NCBI GenBank assembly: GCA_012295275.1
Contig: CM022667.1
Location: 13,206,001-13,270,000 of the forward strand
Direction: 5' to 3'
DNA length: 64,000 bases
From: Chrysomallon squamiferum
Taxonomy: Eukaryota; Animalia; Mollusca
Made by a program: the position numbers and the translations under genes
The notes under the pieces: model-generated
Database searches by the model: none
Told to the model about the DNA's origin: nothing
The model's input: the letters and a program-made list of their open reading frames with translations, nothing else
Shown: in pieces, positions 60,385-64,000 of the stretch
Numbering within the stretch: the first letter of the stretch is position 1
How the letters are laid out: each line of letters opens with the position of its first letter

Positions 60385-60699
60385 AAATATATACTACGAG
60401 ACACACATACATATTCATTCATGATAATTTATATACCAGAAAAAAAAATCGTGTATCAATTTGTCAATGAACAACCGGCAACTAATAAAAGCAAAATATT
60501 GCTCTGTATCAAAGACCCGTTCATCATCTAACCCTCCCCTCAACCCGCGCTACTACTATCAACTCTAACTCTGCTAACAAGATACACCACCACCTTTACT
60601 GTACAATGACCGTTTGTAAAAAAAAAAAAATTTTTTTTTTTTTTTTTTTTACCACCCTTTAGGTCTCAACGTGTCTCATTCACTAAAAAATCTTTTTTG

Positions 60700-60930
60700 A
60701 CAGAATGCAGCGCCCATTTCTCGACGAGCTGGCGTGTCTAACACCGGCGAAACTCGTTGTGGTTGGATGGTTCAACGCAGGGCAGAGACGTACCGTACAG
60801 ATTCTCGCTCGCTTCTCTCCGCGTCTCGTGGGCCCCCTTCGAGACCGCTTTACCAATCCGTGTTTACCGTGGTGCGATCGCACTCCGCTGACCCTATTTA
60901 AATGATTTCACCGCCGGCCAACTGCGACAG
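60700..60930 (+). promoter_or_regulatory. Putative core/proximal promoter of the P450 gene
   Basis: CpG-rich island with CCAAT at 60853-60857, palindrome GTGCGATCGCAC at 60872-60883, half-site TGACCC at 60889-60894 and TATA-like TATTTAAA at 60895-60902. DR4-like GGTTCA-ACGC-AGGGCA lies at 60769-60784. Confidence 0.55.
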
Positions 60931-61179
60931 AGCGAACTCGTTTGGCCGTGGACGGGCTTGCCAAGCATACGTCACTGAGACAGCGAGCGCCACTCGCACG
61001 GTTAGCGAGTCAGCCGCCTTTTTCGTGGATCTCTCGTTTGAGCGGACGATTCTGTTTGTCACACCGCATCGTGCAGTCAGTTACCAGTTACAGGCTGCGT
61101 TCTACTACGACTCGCAGTTGTTATTACTACTACTACTACTACTACGACTGTTCGCTGCTGCTACTACGTTACTACTTAT

Positions 61180-61214
<35 letters not shown>

Positions 61215-61556
61215 TCACCGCTGCTGCTGCTGCTTCTACTACCGTTAAATACTGCTATCCACACACCTTTCTCTGATTGGTTCTTAAACGGCCGTCACAC
61301 GGGAAATCCTAATACGAGAGAAGATTAAAAAAAATATTTTATTTACATCGGAAGAGTGAGAGAGAACGAGAGACGGAGAGAGAGAGAGAGAGAGAGAGAG
61401 ACCACGGTGGTTTGGTGTATGGCTTCTTTCTGTTTTGTTGTTTTCTACTGAGTGTGTCGGCTTCGAGGACTCTTTTGTTTTTAAGGACCGTGTTAAAAAA
61501 AAAAAAAAAAAACCCTCAGGACCCAAGGTGCAGATAATTCGTGACATTTTTGAACC
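60925..61556 (+). other. Candidate long 5' UTR of the P450 containing (ACT)n, (GCT)n, (AG)n and poly-A tracts
   Basis: Lies between the TATA-like box and the start ATG, with no strong splice acceptor before the ATG. The TSS is inferred only from TATA spacing. Confidence 0.4.
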
Positions 61557-61817
61557 ATGGCCGAGACCGTACTCCGCCGAATAGCCTCTCACGGGAGAAC
61601 TATTTTGACCCGCACGAGACGTGTGACGTCTGTGCAGAGCGCGAGCGCCGTCTTCACCGAGGCCACGGACTCGGACGACATTCACCTGAGTGGGGTGAAA
61701 GAGTGTACCCACCCTAAAACGCTGGCCGAAATGCCCGGACCGCCCGGCCTGCCCTTTCTCGGGACTCTACCGGAGTATGCACGCAAAGCCAACCAGGGAC
61801 AGTTCCACGAAATACAG
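61557..61817 (+). CDS. First coding exon (87 codons) of a mitochondrial-clan cytochrome P450, CYP24/CYP27-like; gene continues beyond the window
   Basis: ATG in ACCATGG context with an in-frame TGA two codons upstream (61551-61553). The N-terminus is Arg/Ser/Thr-rich with no transmembrane anchor (MAETVLRRIASHGRTILTRTRRVTS), typical of a mitochondrial presequence. It has the P450 proline hinge KTLAEMPGPPGLPFLGTL, ends FHEIQ at a CAG|GTAGGT donor (phase 0), and is GC/CpG-rich unlike its flanks. Family call is from recalled motif similarity, not a database search. Confidence 0.88.
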
Positions 61818-62465
61818 GTAGGTTCCGTTGTGTTCACGTTGTCGACGACGTCGTTGTAAATACTGTTACGTTGTACACTTTTAAAAACACTGAGCGAATG
61901 TTTTTGTTGTTGATGTCGTTGATGTATAATATACCTGTTCTAGGAGTTTGTTACCGTAAATTAGTTATTCACTGTAAGATTACCGTATGCTATTGGTGTA
62001 GCTGTTGTAAATATTTTTTGAGAGCTAGAAAACTATTGTTATGCTGATGTCGTAGTCGAGGCTATTGTCAGCTGTAACTGTGACAAAAACAGAAATCTAA
62101 AAAAGATTTATGTGTTTACGTCGCTCTACAGCTGTAGATCGTAAATAGTAAAATTAACATCAAAACCAAACAACAAACACCACCACCACAACTTGTTCAT
62201 TTCGTTGTCGTTGAAACACATCTAGAATAATTAAGGATATTATGGCGATATATGATGATGATGATGATGATGGTGATAAATGTTAAAGATGATTTTTGAA
62301 GAGCTCGAAATGATTATAAATTCGAACTATTAACATTTTTGAACATATATTATGAAATTTCTTCGTTAAAATACTCAGCCACGTATTAATAAATTAAATA
62401 AATTAATCATTAAAGTAAAATACAAATCTAAAATTACATAAATCTAAAAGAAAGGAGAGATAGAG

Positions 62466-62499
<34 letters not shown>

Positions 62500-63376
62500 A
62501 TAATAAAAAAAAAAAAAAAATGCTAATAGATACATCATAATACTCGTACAACTATTGTGTTTCAGAACAACACGTACTGGAAACCGCATCCAGTTTTATA
62601 ATCACCGAGTAGGAACATTCAGTGTGTTTTTGTACGCCGTATACTATAAACAAACGTGCGAACTCGTTCTCGTGCTCTGAATATATATCATTTCCCTTCT
62701 TCTTCTTCTTCTTTTTATTTTTTTTACCCCGCTAAACATTAGCATGCACTAAACATCGCTTCACCTCGGCTAAGTACACGCTTGTTATTTTTACCTTTGA
62801 AAAAAAAAAAAAAAAAAAAAGAAAGAAAACGTTACAAGCTTTTCGTTCAAGCAAAGGGCTTTTGGCGTGTTTTGGCATCACCTTGTTAAGTCATTCAAAG
62901 AGGTTTGTATTTTGTTTTGGAACATTAGGACGGTTAAAACGAACGTTTTTCTTTCTTTTTTTTTTTTTTTTTTTTTTTTTCGTTTGCTGCGGAACTGTTA
63001 AAATTTTAAAACAGTATTATTTATTATTTTAAATTATTATTCTTTCTTTCTTTCTTTTTTTAATCGTACATTTTTCTTTTTTTTCTCTGCTCTTCTTCTT
63101 TTTCTTTGACCGTTGCGGTTACGTTAGTAAGCGGAGTTGTCTTTGTTGAAATTCCTCCTTTGTGAAAGAGAGCCCCTTGTGTCAACTCGAAAGGTACACA
63201 CGACTGTCAGATTGAACACAATTAGCCAACCCTACCAGCTGTCCAAAAATAATAGTAAAGAAAGAAAGAAAGAGAAGAATGAGGGTAAATGAATAATAAT
63301 TAAAAAATAAAGCAAAAACAAGATGTAAATTATAAAGAAACAAAGTATAGTGAAAATAATAATGATAATAATAATG

Positions 63377-63425
<49 letters not shown>

Positions 63426-64000
63426 TAATAATAATAATATAAATAGCATAATTTAAAAATCAACTAATATATGCAAAATTAAAATTTAGTAAAAAAAAAA
63501 CTATCCTTTCCTAAATAAATAAAAAATAAATAAAAAAAATAAATAAATAAAAAGTAAATAAATAAATAAATAAATAAACAAACAGAACAAAAATCATTTC
63601 ACCAATGATATTTCTTTTTAAAAAATAGAAAGAAAGAAATTCTAATTCAAGAAACAAAGTAACAAACAAAAAGTAAAGAAAAACACCAAACACGATACGA
63701 ACAAGCAAAAAAAAAAAAAAAAAAAAAAAAAGACAGAAACGAAAGAATGACGCACTAATTACCTACATTACTAAATACCTACCTGTCTGCAATTGCTCAA
63801 CTGAATACGCAACATTCTCAACATTTCGTGCGTTTGTTCAAAACTGCAGCCTGATCGATATTTTTAATTATCTTCCAAACACGGAAGTCATTTGCAAATG
63901 AATATTTGAAAGTACATGTAATAATCGGAGCCGCAGTTTCGTAACAAAATACGTGAATAGCGTAAATAGGTAAATCAAGTTTGTAAAATACTGTCATTAT
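61818..64000 (+). other. Start of intron 1 of the P450 gene
   Basis: GTAGGT donor at 61818, followed by AT-rich, repeat-rich sequence. No P450 exon-2-like sequence (e.g. YG..F/W) is visible before the window ends. Confidence 0.75.

Noticed and set aside
61284-61712. 142-aa minus-strand ORF
   Set aside because: Antisense shadow of the GC-rich P450 exon plus simple repeats.
61818-61859. C-terminal 13 codons (VGSVVFTLSTTSL) of the 100-aa ORF in the track
   Set aside because: Read-through into intron 1 after the CAG|GTAGGT donor; P450 similarity ends at HEIQ.
62201-62220. TTCGTTGTCGTTGAAAC resembles the 5' part of miR-981/miR-76
   Set aside because: The 3' end diverges and there is no complementary arm nearby to form a precursor hairpin.

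Overview
AT-rich, very microsatellite-dense eukaryotic DNA from an invertebrate animal. A mollusc, probably a gastropod, is my best inference from the repeat style and one degraded Meta-SINE-like fragment; this is not proven. There is one credible protein-coding segment: the first coding exon (61557-61817, +) of a mitochondrial-clan cytochrome P450 resembling CYP24/CYP27. It has an Arg-rich presequence, a PGP hinge motif and a phase-0 GT donor after HEIQ. A CpG-rich CCAAT/TATA promoter precedes it, and intron 1 runs off the end of the window. The ~61 kb upstream contains no recognisable gene. It consists of short complex islands separated by simple repeats, plus a few local duplications, a degenerate minisatellite and SINE relics. 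The most striking signal is a recurring nuclear-receptor direct repeat with a 3-bp spacer, consensus RGKTCR-NTC-GGTGCR (VDRE-like). Six strict copies and about ten near copies are scattered across the islands on both strands. This suggests a long-range, ligand-inducible RXR/NR1J-type enhancer array controlling the P450, analogous to the vertebrate VDR-CYP24A1 feedback loop. Nearly all other ORFs in the track are translations of simple repeats.
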